Assembly: GCA_963764165.1 (NCBI GenBank)
Contig: CAVXRD010000002.1
Coordinates: forward strand, 1,856,001 to 1,920,000
DNA from: an uncultured Verrucomicrobiae bacterium
Lineage (GTDB): Bacteria; Verrucomicrobiota; Verrucomicrobiia; Limisphaerales; Palsa-1400
DNA length: 64,000 nt
Reading direction: 5' to 3'
The notes beneath the pieces were generated by a model. It worked only from the letters and a program-made list of their open reading frames with translations. It was not told the origin of the DNA and searched no databases. A program made the position numbers and the translations under genes. The stretch's first letter is position 1; the number at the start of each line of letters is the position of its first letter. Shown piece after piece: positions 1 to 9,300 of this stretch.

Positions 1-630
1 GACAACCTCGTTCAGCGTCAGCAATGTGTGGCCTCCGCGTGCAAGCCTATCGCGCAGACGCTTTGCTGATTTGACGTCTGTCAAAGATATGTTCAAGTGT
101 GTGTACTTGCTGTCCTTATGACGCGTTCGAACACGAACTGTATTGCCCCATCTGCTAAGTTGTTGCTTTGAGTGAAAAAGCACCGGATAAACGATCTTTG
201 CCGGGCCTGTATCCAGAATGCCCGCTGCGCGGTTGAAAGACGCCATTTCGTATTGCGCCCGACTGAAGAGTGGGATATGCACGTTTGCCTTTTCGATCTG
301 GGTAAACGGCACATGGGCCATTGTTGCGGTGGCTTCCTGTGAGAACGGCCAGCCTTCCGCATGCTGGATTGTCTCGATGGCAAGAATGTCCCTGCCCAAT
401 TTCACTGACTTTAGTCTGCTGGATCGAATCGCTTCCATAATGGTGAATTGGGATTCCGCGCTGGACAAATAGATTTTAATCGCCGTCTTGGCGCTGGCCA
501 TTGTAATAGTGTACTGGGGGCTGGGTTGTAGGACGCTTGGCAACCTACTCTCTGAGAACAGGAGTTCGAACTTGCAGTCAACGGATAAGGCCGCCGCTGA
601 TTTAGTTTCTGGTGTGACATTGTTTTTCAT
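1..630 (-). CDS. Hypothetical protein, partial (runs off the window edge, >=210 aa)
   Basis: Hand translation from ATG at 630 (MKNNVTPETKSAAALSVDCKFELLFSES...) has no stop down to position 1; absent from the ORF track; co-oriented with the element's leftward operon. Confidence 0.7.
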   Translation of the reverse strand, partial: MKNNVTPETKSAAALSVDCKFELLFSESRLPSVLQPSPQYTITMASAKTAIKIYLSSAESQFTIMEAIRSSRLKSVKLGRDILAIETIQHAEGWPFSQEATATMAHVPFTQIEKANVHIPLFSRAQYEMASFNRAAGILDTGPAKIVYPVLFHSKQQLSRWGNTVRVRTRHKDSKYTHLNISLTDVKSAKRLRDRLARGGHTLLTLNEVV

Positions 631-661
631 AGTGATAGTGCATTTCTTTGGCCCACATTGT

Positions 662-928
662 TTATTGTTCTTCAAGGTGATGGGCCTCACCAATCGAAGT
701 GGTCTTTGTTCGGGAAGTGTGTTTGGGATTGCGCCTGCAAGTGACAAAAGGGCATTTGGCACAGGCGTGGTGTCTGGAGCCGAGCGTTGGTTCTGGTACT
801 GGCTGAATTGCCATTCCAATTATCGATGGCGCGTTGTTCTGTTGAGCGCAAAATCGGCTCGGTCGGTTGGGAGCATCGAAGCCTTGTTGTTGATCATTTT
901 GCGGTATCTGTGTTTCTGCGGTTGTCAT
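662..928 (-). CDS. Small hypothetical protein
   Basis: 88 aa ORF co-oriented with its neighbours; CxxCxxxxC motif; no family recognised. Confidence 0.35.
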   Translation of the reverse strand: MTTAETQIPQNDQQQGFDAPNRPSRFCAQQNNAPSIIGMAIQPVPEPTLGSRHHACAKCPFVTCRRNPKHTSRTKTTSIGEAHHLEEQ

Positions 929-1042
929 ACTTTTTAACGTTTTTTCTTGCAGGACTGTTAATCGGAGTTATCCGGTTTGCGTTTGGTGATTGGTTCGGAA
1001 AGGGCCAGGCCCCGCACCAAACGGAGCCTGGCTTGAGCCGCT

Positions 1043-1546
1043 CTAGGCGGCGGTCGGCGCGGAGGCCGGTTGTGGATCTCCTGCTTTCGGCGCAGCGTTG
1101 GCTGCAGGGGCGTCCTGCTGCTGAGGATTGGCTCGTTTGAAGCCAGCACTGACCGTCAGATGTTTGTCTTTATCTGGGCGGAAGCCGTGCAATTTGATGA
1201 TTTTGTTACCATTTTCGTCTGCGAAAGTGGGGTCACAAACAAACGGCTTGCCGTAGAACTCCAGCTCTGGATCGAACTGTGAAATGTCTGGAATGGCATT
1301 GTTGCCACGCCAGCTTTTCAGGTCGTCGATCAAGTGTTTTACACCTCGATTATCATCGAGGTTGTAGGTGGCATAGGCGATGAACCGCTGACCATCAGAT
1401 TTGGTGGCTTGCAATTCTCCGACTAGGGTTAGGGTCCTGAACGACTTCCCTCGCTTATTGGATTTCGAGCCTTGGATGACGTCCGCGAAAACGCCGGGCT
1501 GAAGTCCAGTCGCGGGTAATTCACGTGCTGTTAAGTCGATTTTCAT
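1043..1546 (-). CDS. Phage-type ssDNA-binding/replication protein (OB-fold-like), putative
   Basis: Strong SD (GGGAGGTGA) before ATG 1546 (MKIDL...); LKSWRG...FDP...GKP pattern and a low-complexity C-terminal tail, reminiscent of phage SSB-like proteins. Confidence 0.55.
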   Translation of the reverse strand: MKIDLTARELPATGLQPGVFADVIQGSKSNKRGKSFRTLTLVGELQATKSDGQRFIAYATYNLDDNRGVKHLIDDLKSWRGNNAIPDISQFDPELEFYGKPFVCDPTFADENGNKIIKLHGFRPDKDKHLTVSAGFKRANPQQQDAPAANAAPKAGDPQPASAPTAA

Positions 1547-1784
1547 TTTATGTTTCACCTCCCTTCGAATCAGTTGGTGGTGCAAATTGTTGTGCCATGT
1601 TGGAAGCACCGTGCCAGCGTGGATGACCGAGGATGGAGGAAACGGCTGGGGTGCGGTCAGAACCCGAGCCAAAGTTGTCAGTAACGACAGGAAGGCGGCT
1701 GCCCGTGCGACGGGGGGGCGGAAATGAAATTTAAAAGAATCGTTCATGGTTTCCCGTGTCGTAAATAGTGGTGATTGCCGCAAA

Positions 1785-2057
1785 CTACTCGTCGACAAGC
1801 CCGGCCTCACGAGTCTCGGCCATTGTCATCTGCTCCGCAACAGACTGCCAAATCTGGTGCAAAATCTGCGGATTTGCCTTCAGATGGCCGCCCGTGTCTG
1901 CTTCCAGGACTGCGGTAAAGGCCGCGTTGCGTTCAACGCCTTGCCACATAGCGCGAGCCAGGGCGATGCTTGCGCGTTTTTCGGCTTCTTTCGAGCTGTA
2001 GCCATGACTTCTCTGACTCGGGCTTAAGTTTGCAACATTGTTATTATTTATTCTCAT
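1785..2057 (-). CDS. Hypothetical protein
   Basis: 90 aa helical-looking ORF directly downstream of the excisionase. Confidence 0.55.
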   Translation of the reverse strand: MRINNNNVANLSPSQRSHGYSSKEAEKRASIALARAMWQGVERNAAFTAVLEADTGGHLKANPQILHQIWQSVAEQMTMAETREAGLVDE

Positions 2058-2122
2058 AATACATAAAAAGGTGGAGTTCTCGGTTTGAACGTGATCTGGA
2101 ATTAGTTAAGCCGTCCGCTGCA

Positions 2123-2320
2123 TCACCCAAGGTCGTCCGCAAGAAACCGCTCAAGGTCCGATCTTGGAATGCGTTTGTGTCGAAGGGAAGCGAGAGACCT
2201 CAGCTTTCCGCGTTGGAGCAGGCGCCTTACAGATTTCTCTGACAGATTGAGAACGCTGGCGGCCTCCCTGACCGTGTATACCACTTTCACCCGTTCGATT
2301 TCTGTTGTCTTGAGACTCAT
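2123..2320 (-). CDS. Excisionase-family DNA-binding protein (HTH_17)
   Basis: YTVREAASVLNLSEKSVRRLLQRGKL...RIPRSDLERFL; AAGGA SD upstream. Confidence 0.9.
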   Translation of the reverse strand: MSLKTTEIERVKVVYTVREAASVLNLSEKSVRRLLQRGKLRSLASLRHKRIPRSDLERFLADDLG

Positions 2321-2339
2321 ATTTTGATCCTTCCATTAA

Positions 2340-2464
2340 TTATCGTGTCGCAAGGCAATTTCTTATGACCGACGAATTGTTTTTCAGGTTTTCTCATCCA
2401 ATCGTCATTTCCATTGCTTCCCGATTTGGCGTCTTATCGCGGAACCTGCAATTTTCTTATCGCG
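2340..2464. promoter_or_regulatory. Direct-repeat operator-like sites in the divergent intergenic region
   Basis: Two copies of TTATCG-N8/9-GCAATTT(T)CTTAT at 2340-2366 and 2434-2460. Confidence 0.45.
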
Positions 2465-2527
2465 ACACGCAACTTTTAGTTTTTTTCTAACTTGCGACAA
2501 ATGGACGTGGTTTGGTAATGATGGGAC

Positions 2528-3139
2528 ATGGACTCGTTGGTCGCTTTGCATTTTGCAGACCTGAAGCAGAAGAAGGATTCAGCGTGGAAGGTCTGTTTTC
2601 TGACGCTGCTGACGATGGCCAGGCATGAGGTAAACCGTCGCGCCAATTGGCTTTCTGAACCAGTTAAGACAGAAATCGAAAACGATGCTGTTGTGGTTTT
2701 GTATCAAAAAATTGACAAATTCGAATCACCAAGCGAAATAGGGGCATTTTTGAGGCAAACGGCTAAGAACAAGAGCATCGATGAAATTCGACGATTCAAT
2801 AGATTTGACAGTCTTGACGAGAATGCAGGGGCCAGCGCGAAATACCCGTCTGACGCCACAATTGACAGAAATGATCCAGCTGCGCTGGCCACGTTAAGTG
2901 AAACATGTAGCCAAACGAACGAAGATCTTAATTTGTTGGCCGAGGCGTTACGCGAAATCGGATTTCCTTGTCGCGAATATCTTACCGAAAGGTACATCGA
3001 TGGCGCCAAGGAGCGTGAAATCGCGGAAAAGCATGGATTGGGCGCATCGTCGATGCACAACAGAATCCAAACCTGCGTGAGAAAAATGAAGTCCGTGTTC
3101 GAGAGAAAAAAGACTGCCAATGAGGAAGGTATGTTATGA
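2528..3139 (+). CDS. ECF-type sigma-70 factor (divergent)
   Basis: Region 2 (FLRQTAKNKSIDEIRR) and region 4 (CREYLTERYIDGAKEREIAEKHGL...RIQTC). Confidence 0.8.
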   Translation: MDSLVALHFADLKQKKDSAWKVCFLTLLTMARHEVNRRANWLSEPVKTEIENDAVVVLYQKIDKFESPSEIGAFLRQTAKNKSIDEIRRFNRFDSLDENAGASAKYPSDATIDRNDPAALATLSETCSQTNEDLNLLAEALREIGFPCREYLTERYIDGAKEREIAEKHGLGASSMHNRIQTCVRKMKSVFERKKTANEEGML

Positions 3140-3600
3140 AAGAAAAGATGTCATTGGAAGATTTCGAGAAGAAATTAGCCGCTGCTGGGCCGCATCTCAG
3201 CGAAATCATGGGCAGTAATCCTGACATGTCGCCGCAGCGCATCGAAAAACTCACCCAGATGCTGGAGGCGCATACACCCTTCCTCAAGGAGTTGAGTTCG
3301 AATCGAATGGAGGCGCTATTGCTTAAAATTCTGGGAGAAAGGCCGATGGCCGGTTTTGACGTCGCCCTACGCCTTGAAAAAGCAAACATACGCTTAAAAG
3401 AAGGTGGCGAAGGAATTCTTTACGGATTGCTTGCCAGCTTGGAAGCATCCGGTCTCGTTAGTGCAGAGTGGAGGGAGTCTGGAGACAGGATGATTAAGAT
3501 CTACCGTTTGATAGAGAAGGGGGACGGTTCATTGCATTCGGCTACTGTCGGCGACTCCGAGCTCAATCTGTTGTCCGCGAGAGTTTTATCGTTTTCCTAA
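3136..3600 (+). CDS. PadR-family transcriptional regulator with N-terminal extension
   Basis: LLLKILGERPMAGFDV...EGILYGLLASLEASGLVSAEW...KIYRL; ATGA overlap with the sigma gene. Confidence 0.85.
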   Translation: MKEKMSLEDFEKKLAAAGPHLSEIMGSNPDMSPQRIEKLTQMLEAHTPFLKELSSNRMEALLLKILGERPMAGFDVALRLEKANIRLKEGGEGILYGLLASLEASGLVSAEWRESGDRMIKIYRLIEKGDGSLHSATVGDSELNLLSARVLSFS

Positions 3601-3604
3601 TTGT

Positions 3605-4945
3605 ATGGGCAGTGATTTGAGAGTTCCACCAGCTGTAACTATTGAATTCCAGGAAATCGCAAATCGCATATGCGATCTCGCGAGGAGCGATTATGATGAT
3701 TGGGTTTACCAGGCTGACGAATTAGTAACCCACTTGCAGCAGCGGTGGCGGGATTGGATTGACCGAGGATTGAGCACCGAGGAGGCAAGAGTGAAAACCT
3801 TGGCACTTTTTGGGGAGCCTTTTCTTATTGCGAAATCTCTTCGAAAACCGTGGTATTTGAGGATTTTTACATTTGATCGCTACAGACCTCATCGCTACCT
3901 GCTTTTCTTAGCAGCATATTCCGTCTGCTCCTGGTTTACGATGTTCTGGAGCGCTATAATGGATATCGGCAACGCCTCCGAGAGTAAAATGCCCGACTTG
4001 TTCTTGAGGCAATCTATTTTTGGGGACACGTTTAGAGCCCTCATTCCTGGCCCCCTTGATTTCTGGACGTTTTGGACACGGGGCTTCGGGCTGAATTTCG
4101 TCGCTATTGCCGCGGTGGCCTCCATCGTTGTGATGCGGTGGCAGCCAGGATTCACAGTTAAATGGGTGAATCGTGTTCTCGGTCTCCGGCATCTGCTGTT
4201 ACCGTTGCCGATTGTGGCCCTAGCTTTGATGATGATTATGCCTGCGTATCTTGTCTTTGAAACTATTTTATTTAACAAAGGGAGTCTTGGGATAGCAAAG
4301 GACTGGCAGGCGTTGTTACTGATCGCGTTATTGCCATTGTTTGGGTGTCTTGGTTGTATCGGCCTTGTTTCGGATTTATGCGGGCTTGGAGGCTCAACTT
4401 GCAACCGACCACATGGTCGTTTCGGCCAACGCAGAGTTATCGTGGGCCTCGAGGTCGTCTCATTAACTGGCGCCGCGCTCGCAATTGTGGCTGGTGCGAT
4501 TTGGCTTTATGTGAACTTCCCAATGGGCAGATTCGCTAAGCAAATTGCAGGGGCGGACAAGGTTTGGGTTATCTGCCGAGACAGGCGTTATGAATTACCT
4601 TGGGAGGCACACCGAACGAATATCGTCATTACTGGGTCGGACGTTAGTAAGGTTGTCGCAGCCGTGACCGGCGCCAATCGCGACATGATGTCATATAAGA
4701 ATCCGTACGCTTTTTTATATCAACTTGATTTTGTGAGAAATGATGCGCTTTGTGGCAGCATAGTGGCAAACGGACGATGGTTCTTAATTGATGGCAAACA
4801 GTATTGCAGAACCGAAGGCAACGTCTTTGATTCGTTAGTGTTCGCGCCAGCCGAATCGAGTGCCCGCGAACAATTTGATAGATATAAATTTACCGACGAG
4901 CAGTTGCGTCACCCAGATCATGTTCCATTTGACGGTTGCCGATGA
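3605..4945 (+). CDS. Multi-TM membrane protein with N-terminal HAAS/permease-prefix domain and C-terminal soluble domain
   Basis: ELVTHL...RGLSTEEARVKTLALFGEP..IAKSL, then about 5 hydrophobic segments; follows PadR. Confidence 0.7.
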   Translation: MGSDLRVPPAVTIEFQEIANRICDLARSDYDDWVYQADELVTHLQQRWRDWIDRGLSTEEARVKTLALFGEPFLIAKSLRKPWYLRIFTFDRYRPHRYLLFLAAYSVCSWFTMFWSAIMDIGNASESKMPDLFLRQSIFGDTFRALIPGPLDFWTFWTRGFGLNFVAIAAVASIVVMRWQPGFTVKWVNRVLGLRHLLLPLPIVALALMMIMPAYLVFETILFNKGSLGIAKDWQALLLIALLPLFGCLGCIGLVSDLCGLGGSTCNRPHGRFGQRRVIVGLEVVSLTGAALAIVAGAIWLYVNFPMGRFAKQIAGADKVWVICRDRRYELPWEAHRTNIVITGSDVSKVVAAVTGANRDMMSYKNPYAFLYQLDFVRNDALCGSIVANGRWFLIDGKQYCRTEGNVFDSLVFAPAESSAREQFDRYKFTDEQLRHPDHVPFDGCR

Positions 4946-5011
4946 GGTGAAAAGCTTCGTGATGACGCCGTATCAATTGGTATTCGGCGGGCAAGCTTGA
5001 GAATAAGCGCT

Positions 5012-6109
5012 TCAAAACTTCACCTTTTGCGCCATTTCGACGGAATGTTGATCTCGCAGATGGCCATAGACCTTCATTGCAAGACCGCCACCGTCTTTGT
5101 GTCCGAGCCATCGGCTTACCGTTGGTATGTCTACGCCCGATTCGATACAGGTGGTGGCAAATAAGTGGCGTAAATCGTGGTGGGTGATTTGAGCAAGGCT
5201 GAGCCTCTTGCAGGCGTTTTTTAACGAAGCACCGCATGTCGAAACCTGCATGATCTTCCCGTTGGTAGGCTCATTCGGGCGTTCTGTTTGAAGCCGCGCC
5301 AGCAGCTTACGCATTCCAGGAATCATCGGAACAGTTCGGACGGTCCAATTCTTTGTGCCGGTTTTTTCATCGCCGCGAACCAAGATTTCCCCTCGCTCAA
5401 AGTTACAATCAGACCAGCAAATATTTCGGGCTTCGCTCTTGCGAAAGCCGCCATAGGCCAAGAATTCGATTAAATCTGCTGCATCATGGCTGAAGCGCTT
5501 GTTGATGACTCGAACACTTTCAATCACCGAATGGAATTGCGCACGGCTCGGCAAATGGAGTGGTTTCTGCCGAACTTTCATCATTCGGATGAAGCGCGCC
5601 GGGTTGTCATAACGGATGCCGGCCTCAATGGGGATATCGAGAACCAAACGGAGCGTTTGGGCTGTTTTGTTGAAGTTAATTGCACTGGTCGAGTATCCAG
5701 CCGCCCATTGCAAGCAGTCCTGCTTCGAGATTTTGCGCACGTCGGTCTTCTCCAATGCGGGCCACGTCTTAAGGATCATTGAAATTCGCTCTTCTCGATG
5801 TTCTTTCGTTCGCGGCTTGAGGGAGGCATCTCCGTGAAGTCTTTGCCGATAAAGCCGAAGGGCATCGCCAAAGGTCATTTTTCCGTCCGAGAGGGAGGAT
5901 GCATGTTCAGCCATCTGCCTTTCCTGCTTTTCCAAATCCGCTAGGCGCAACTTTCCCACGGACAGTCCATTGGTTTTGAGCGACCGGCGAATGAGCTTGC
6001 CTTTGACCCTGACCCGTGCGAATAAAATTCCTGATGGAACGTAACGAACTAAATTTGGCACTGGTGTCTTCTGCCAGAGGGACTCGGATTGCGTTTGGTT
6101 CTCTTTCAC
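5012..6109 (-). CDS. int: Tyrosine recombinase/integrase
   Basis: Catalytic motifs GGFRKSE, TKN, HDLRH, LGH and VY. Confidence 0.95.
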   Translation of the reverse strand: MKENQTQSESLWQKTPVPNLVRYVPSGILFARVRVKGKLIRRSLKTNGLSVGKLRLADLEKQERQMAEHASSLSDGKMTFGDALRLYRQRLHGDASLKPRTKEHREERISMILKTWPALEKTDVRKISKQDCLQWAAGYSTSAINFNKTAQTLRLVLDIPIEAGIRYDNPARFIRMMKVRQKPLHLPSRAQFHSVIESVRVINKRFSHDAADLIEFLAYGGFRKSEARNICWSDCNFERGEILVRGDEKTGTKNWTVRTVPMIPGMRKLLARLQTERPNEPTNGKIMQVSTCGASLKNACKRLSLAQITHHDLRHLFATTCIESGVDIPTVSRWLGHKDGGGLAMKVYGHLRDQHSVEMAQKVKF

Positions 6110-6115
6110 GCAAAC

Positions 6116-6144
6116 AGTATCATATGGCGGTATCAGATTGTCAA
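6116..6144 (-). promoter_or_regulatory. Sigma-70 promoter of the integrase (leaderless)
   Basis: TTGACA-N17-GATACT ending 6 nt before the GTG start. Confidence 0.7.
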
Positions 6145-6191
6145 AACTTAGTGGAGTCGTTCATCTGCAAGCATCGTTAATTCAACAGGTT

Positions 6192-6280
6192 GGAGAGATG
6201 GCAGAGTGGTTTAACGCGCACGCCTGGAAAGCGTGAGTGCTCTAAAGGCACCGGGGGTTCGAATCCCCCTCTCTCCGCCA
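6192..6280 (+). tRNA. tRNA-Ser(GGA)
   Basis: GGAGAGA/TCTCTCC acceptor stem, anticodon arm CACGC-CTGGAAA-GCGTG, long variable arm, GGTTCGAATCC, encoded CCA. Confidence 0.97.
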
Positions 6281-6387
6281 CTTTCTTGCAACTTTCCCTG
6301 TGATTGCGTGAGCAGCGTCAATTCTGGCAGCGCGGCGGCAGGTGTTCGGAAATCGCTGCTTATATTTTGCCACTTGAAGGGCCGGTG

Positions 6388-9300
6388 TCATTGCGCGCCA
6401 GTTTTTACGCGGTAAAAACTCTCACTGTTGGCCCCCGCGTTGGGATCAACAACCGTCAGTGGGCCGCCCGATCCTTGAATCTCGAGGACGAAATTCCAAT
6501 TCATTAAGTTGGTGGAGCTTTCAACAACATAGTTCGTTCCGGCGCCGCTATTGATGGTAAATTGGAAGAGGCCGCCCTTCTCCCACTTCGCTCCGGTTAT
6601 AAGCAGCCCCGGATTGACAATGACAATGAAGCTGTTGGTTGCGCTTAACACTGGGTTTATCGGGTCGAAGGGATCGGTGGCGGTGACGACGGTTGTAACC
6701 ATATTTGTCGTCGAGCTTTGGGCGGTGCTCGGCGTCCATGTGATGATTCCGTTTGTGCTGATGCTTAAGCCAACTGGGGGATTCGTCAGCGTGTAGGCCA
6801 GAGCAGCATGGAAGTTTGGCTCCGCAGCGGTGTTGCTGACGATCAGGCGGGAGAGTTCTGTGACGTATTGATTGGATACGAGAGGCAAGACGGGCGCCAC
6901 ATTCACTTCCTTTACAACGACCACGAAGCTATTGGTCGCGCTCTCGGGCGCGGCGCCGGAGATCGCCGAATCCGTGGCGGTGACAACGGTGGTGATGGTG
7001 TTCGTGCCAGGGCTTTGGGTTTGGGCGGGTGTCCACGAGATGATTCCGTTGCTGCTGATGGACATCCCAGCGGGCGGCTGAATCAATGTGTAGACGAGCA
7101 CTGCGGCCGGATCGGATTCCGAAGCGGTGTTGGTCACGAAAAGCGGTGTCAGTTCGTTTACGACCTGATTCGAGATCAGCGGCAGGATCGGCGCAGGCAG
7201 CCCCGCGTTCAGGTTCAATATTTGTATCGCGCTTGCGGAGGCCAAACCACCGGCGTCCGCCGCCGAAATGGAATTGGTAAGCTTCACAAGATTGGTCAGA
7301 ACTCCAGAAGCCACTTCAACGGTCATTGTAAAAGCGCTGTTTGTGGCCATGTTGCCCACCGACCAGGTAAAAGAATTGTCTCCAATATCAGCGGAACCGC
7401 GGCCGTAGGTGACAGATTCCAATTCCAGCCCGGGCGGCAGCGCGTCAACGAGCGAGACCCCGATTAGATTCGTGATTCCAGTGTTCGTCACCGTTACTGA
7501 ATAGCTAAAGTTCTGGTCAGGACCCAGATATGCGACAGCCGGGCTTACGATGATTCGCAAATAGGAAGACGCATTCGTGACCACCTCCGGCGTCGCCGAA
7601 ACGACCTGGCTCAAATCCGAAGCGCCGCCGGAAATGTTCACCGCCGTCACAGCGAAGTAATAGGTTTGGCCATTCAACAAATTCGAGATGTTCGCCTGGT
7701 TTTGAACGGTGGTGAGAGCAGGTGTGATTCCGGCGATCGAAGTAAAATTAGTCAGGGAGATGTAGACATCGTACTGTTTAAGAATTTGGCTGGGGAGTGA
7801 GGCGTTCCAGGACAATCCCACAAATTGATTCAGCGCCTCCGCTGTCAAATTAGCGGGAGGAGCCAGCAGAGTGGCCGCCACCAGCGAAACGCCGCTGCTT
7901 TCCTGGCCGAAAATGTCGACGGTCGTAATCCGCACGGAATATGGCTCCGCCGGCTGCAGACCGGTCGCAGCATAGGTGACAGCGGTTGGCGAAAGCGTCA
8001 AAGGCGTGGTGGAATTTCCAATATAAAGACGATATTCCGCCAGAAAAGTCCCCGCTCCGCTGGGCGGCGTCCAATCAAACTCTATCGAAGAACTGCCGCT
8101 GACGGCTTGGAGATTGCCAACTTCACCCAGGACGCCGATGGAGGCCTGCGCGGATACGGACGTAACAACCGTGCTGAACCTGCCTAATGCGTCAACCGGC
8201 ACGACTGCCACATAATAAACTCCCAGCGGGACTAATCCTCTCAAAACCCAACTAGTCGTTTCCGCCGGCGCGTAGGCAAAGGGGGCAAGATTGGTCACTT
8301 GCGTAAAATAGGTCGGAGAAACATAAATCAGGTAATTGGTGATGTCCCCTTGTGCAAGAAAGTTGTAGCCGGACCAATCGAGATTAATGGCGCCATACGC
8401 CGAGGTGGAGGTGCTCGCGATCAACGCGCCTTGCTGGCTTGCGATGGGGCCGGGCGCGTTAGTCGATGCTACGACCACCGTAAGTTCGCGCGAAACCAAA
8501 TCACGGTAACCGTCTGGCGCGTCGCCACCCACGAAAACCGCGGTCTCCCGCGAAACCACTTCGCGCGCAACGATATAGCTGGCTGCAAAATTGACACCCG
8601 AATATGCCAGTCCCGACGAGGCCACTGGCACAACCGCGAAGAAATGATCCAAGCCCGTTGGCAAATTGGTCAAAGTAAATGTCAGTGTTTCGCCCGGCAC
8701 AATGCCAACAGGAGTCATCCCTATGACATTCGCAAAGGCGTGGTCGCTGTAGTAAATATCATAGGAGGCCACATCCTGCTGCGCCCATTGATTGTAGTTT
8801 GCCCAGGAAAGGATGGCGGTGCTGCCGTCGGGAGACGACGTCACCTGCAAACCGGTAACAGGCGCGGGCGGAACGCCGGTGGAAACAACGATTGTAGCTT
8901 CCCTTGATACAATATCGTGGTAGGGGGAAGGAGGTTCGCCGCCGATAAACAGCGCCGTCTCGCGAGAGACCAATTCGCGCGCCACCGGATATGCTCCCGC
9001 AAAGTTTACCGCAGCGACAAAGTTGGTTGTCACATCCACCGGCACAACGGCAAAGTAAAGATTCTCGCCCGTTGGCAAGTTGCTAAGTGTACAGGTAAGT
9101 GTCTCGCCGGGCACCTGGATAACCGGCGTCATGCCTGTTACGTTGGTAAACGGCGTGGTGCTGACGAATATCCAGTAGCTTCCGACGTCTGATTGCGCCC
9201 ATTGATTGTAGCTCCGCCACGAAAGAGTCGCTGTGCCACCGGCCGGCGGCGAAGTGACAAGCAGCCCTTGGACAGGCGCGGGCGGGTTGGTTAGGGCGAC

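Larger units (their letters stand above)
1..6191. mobile_element. Right part of a tRNA-associated integrative element (phage satellite/ICE-like); left end lies outside the window
   Basis: Tyrosine integrase next to tRNA-Ser, an excisionase, an SSB-like protein, short hypotheticals, and visibly lower GC than the core genes. Confidence 0.8.

Noticed and set aside
1547..1810. N-terminal extension of the 255 aa ORF
   Set aside because: A strong SD marks ATG 1546 as the likelier start, and the extension overlaps the upstream gene
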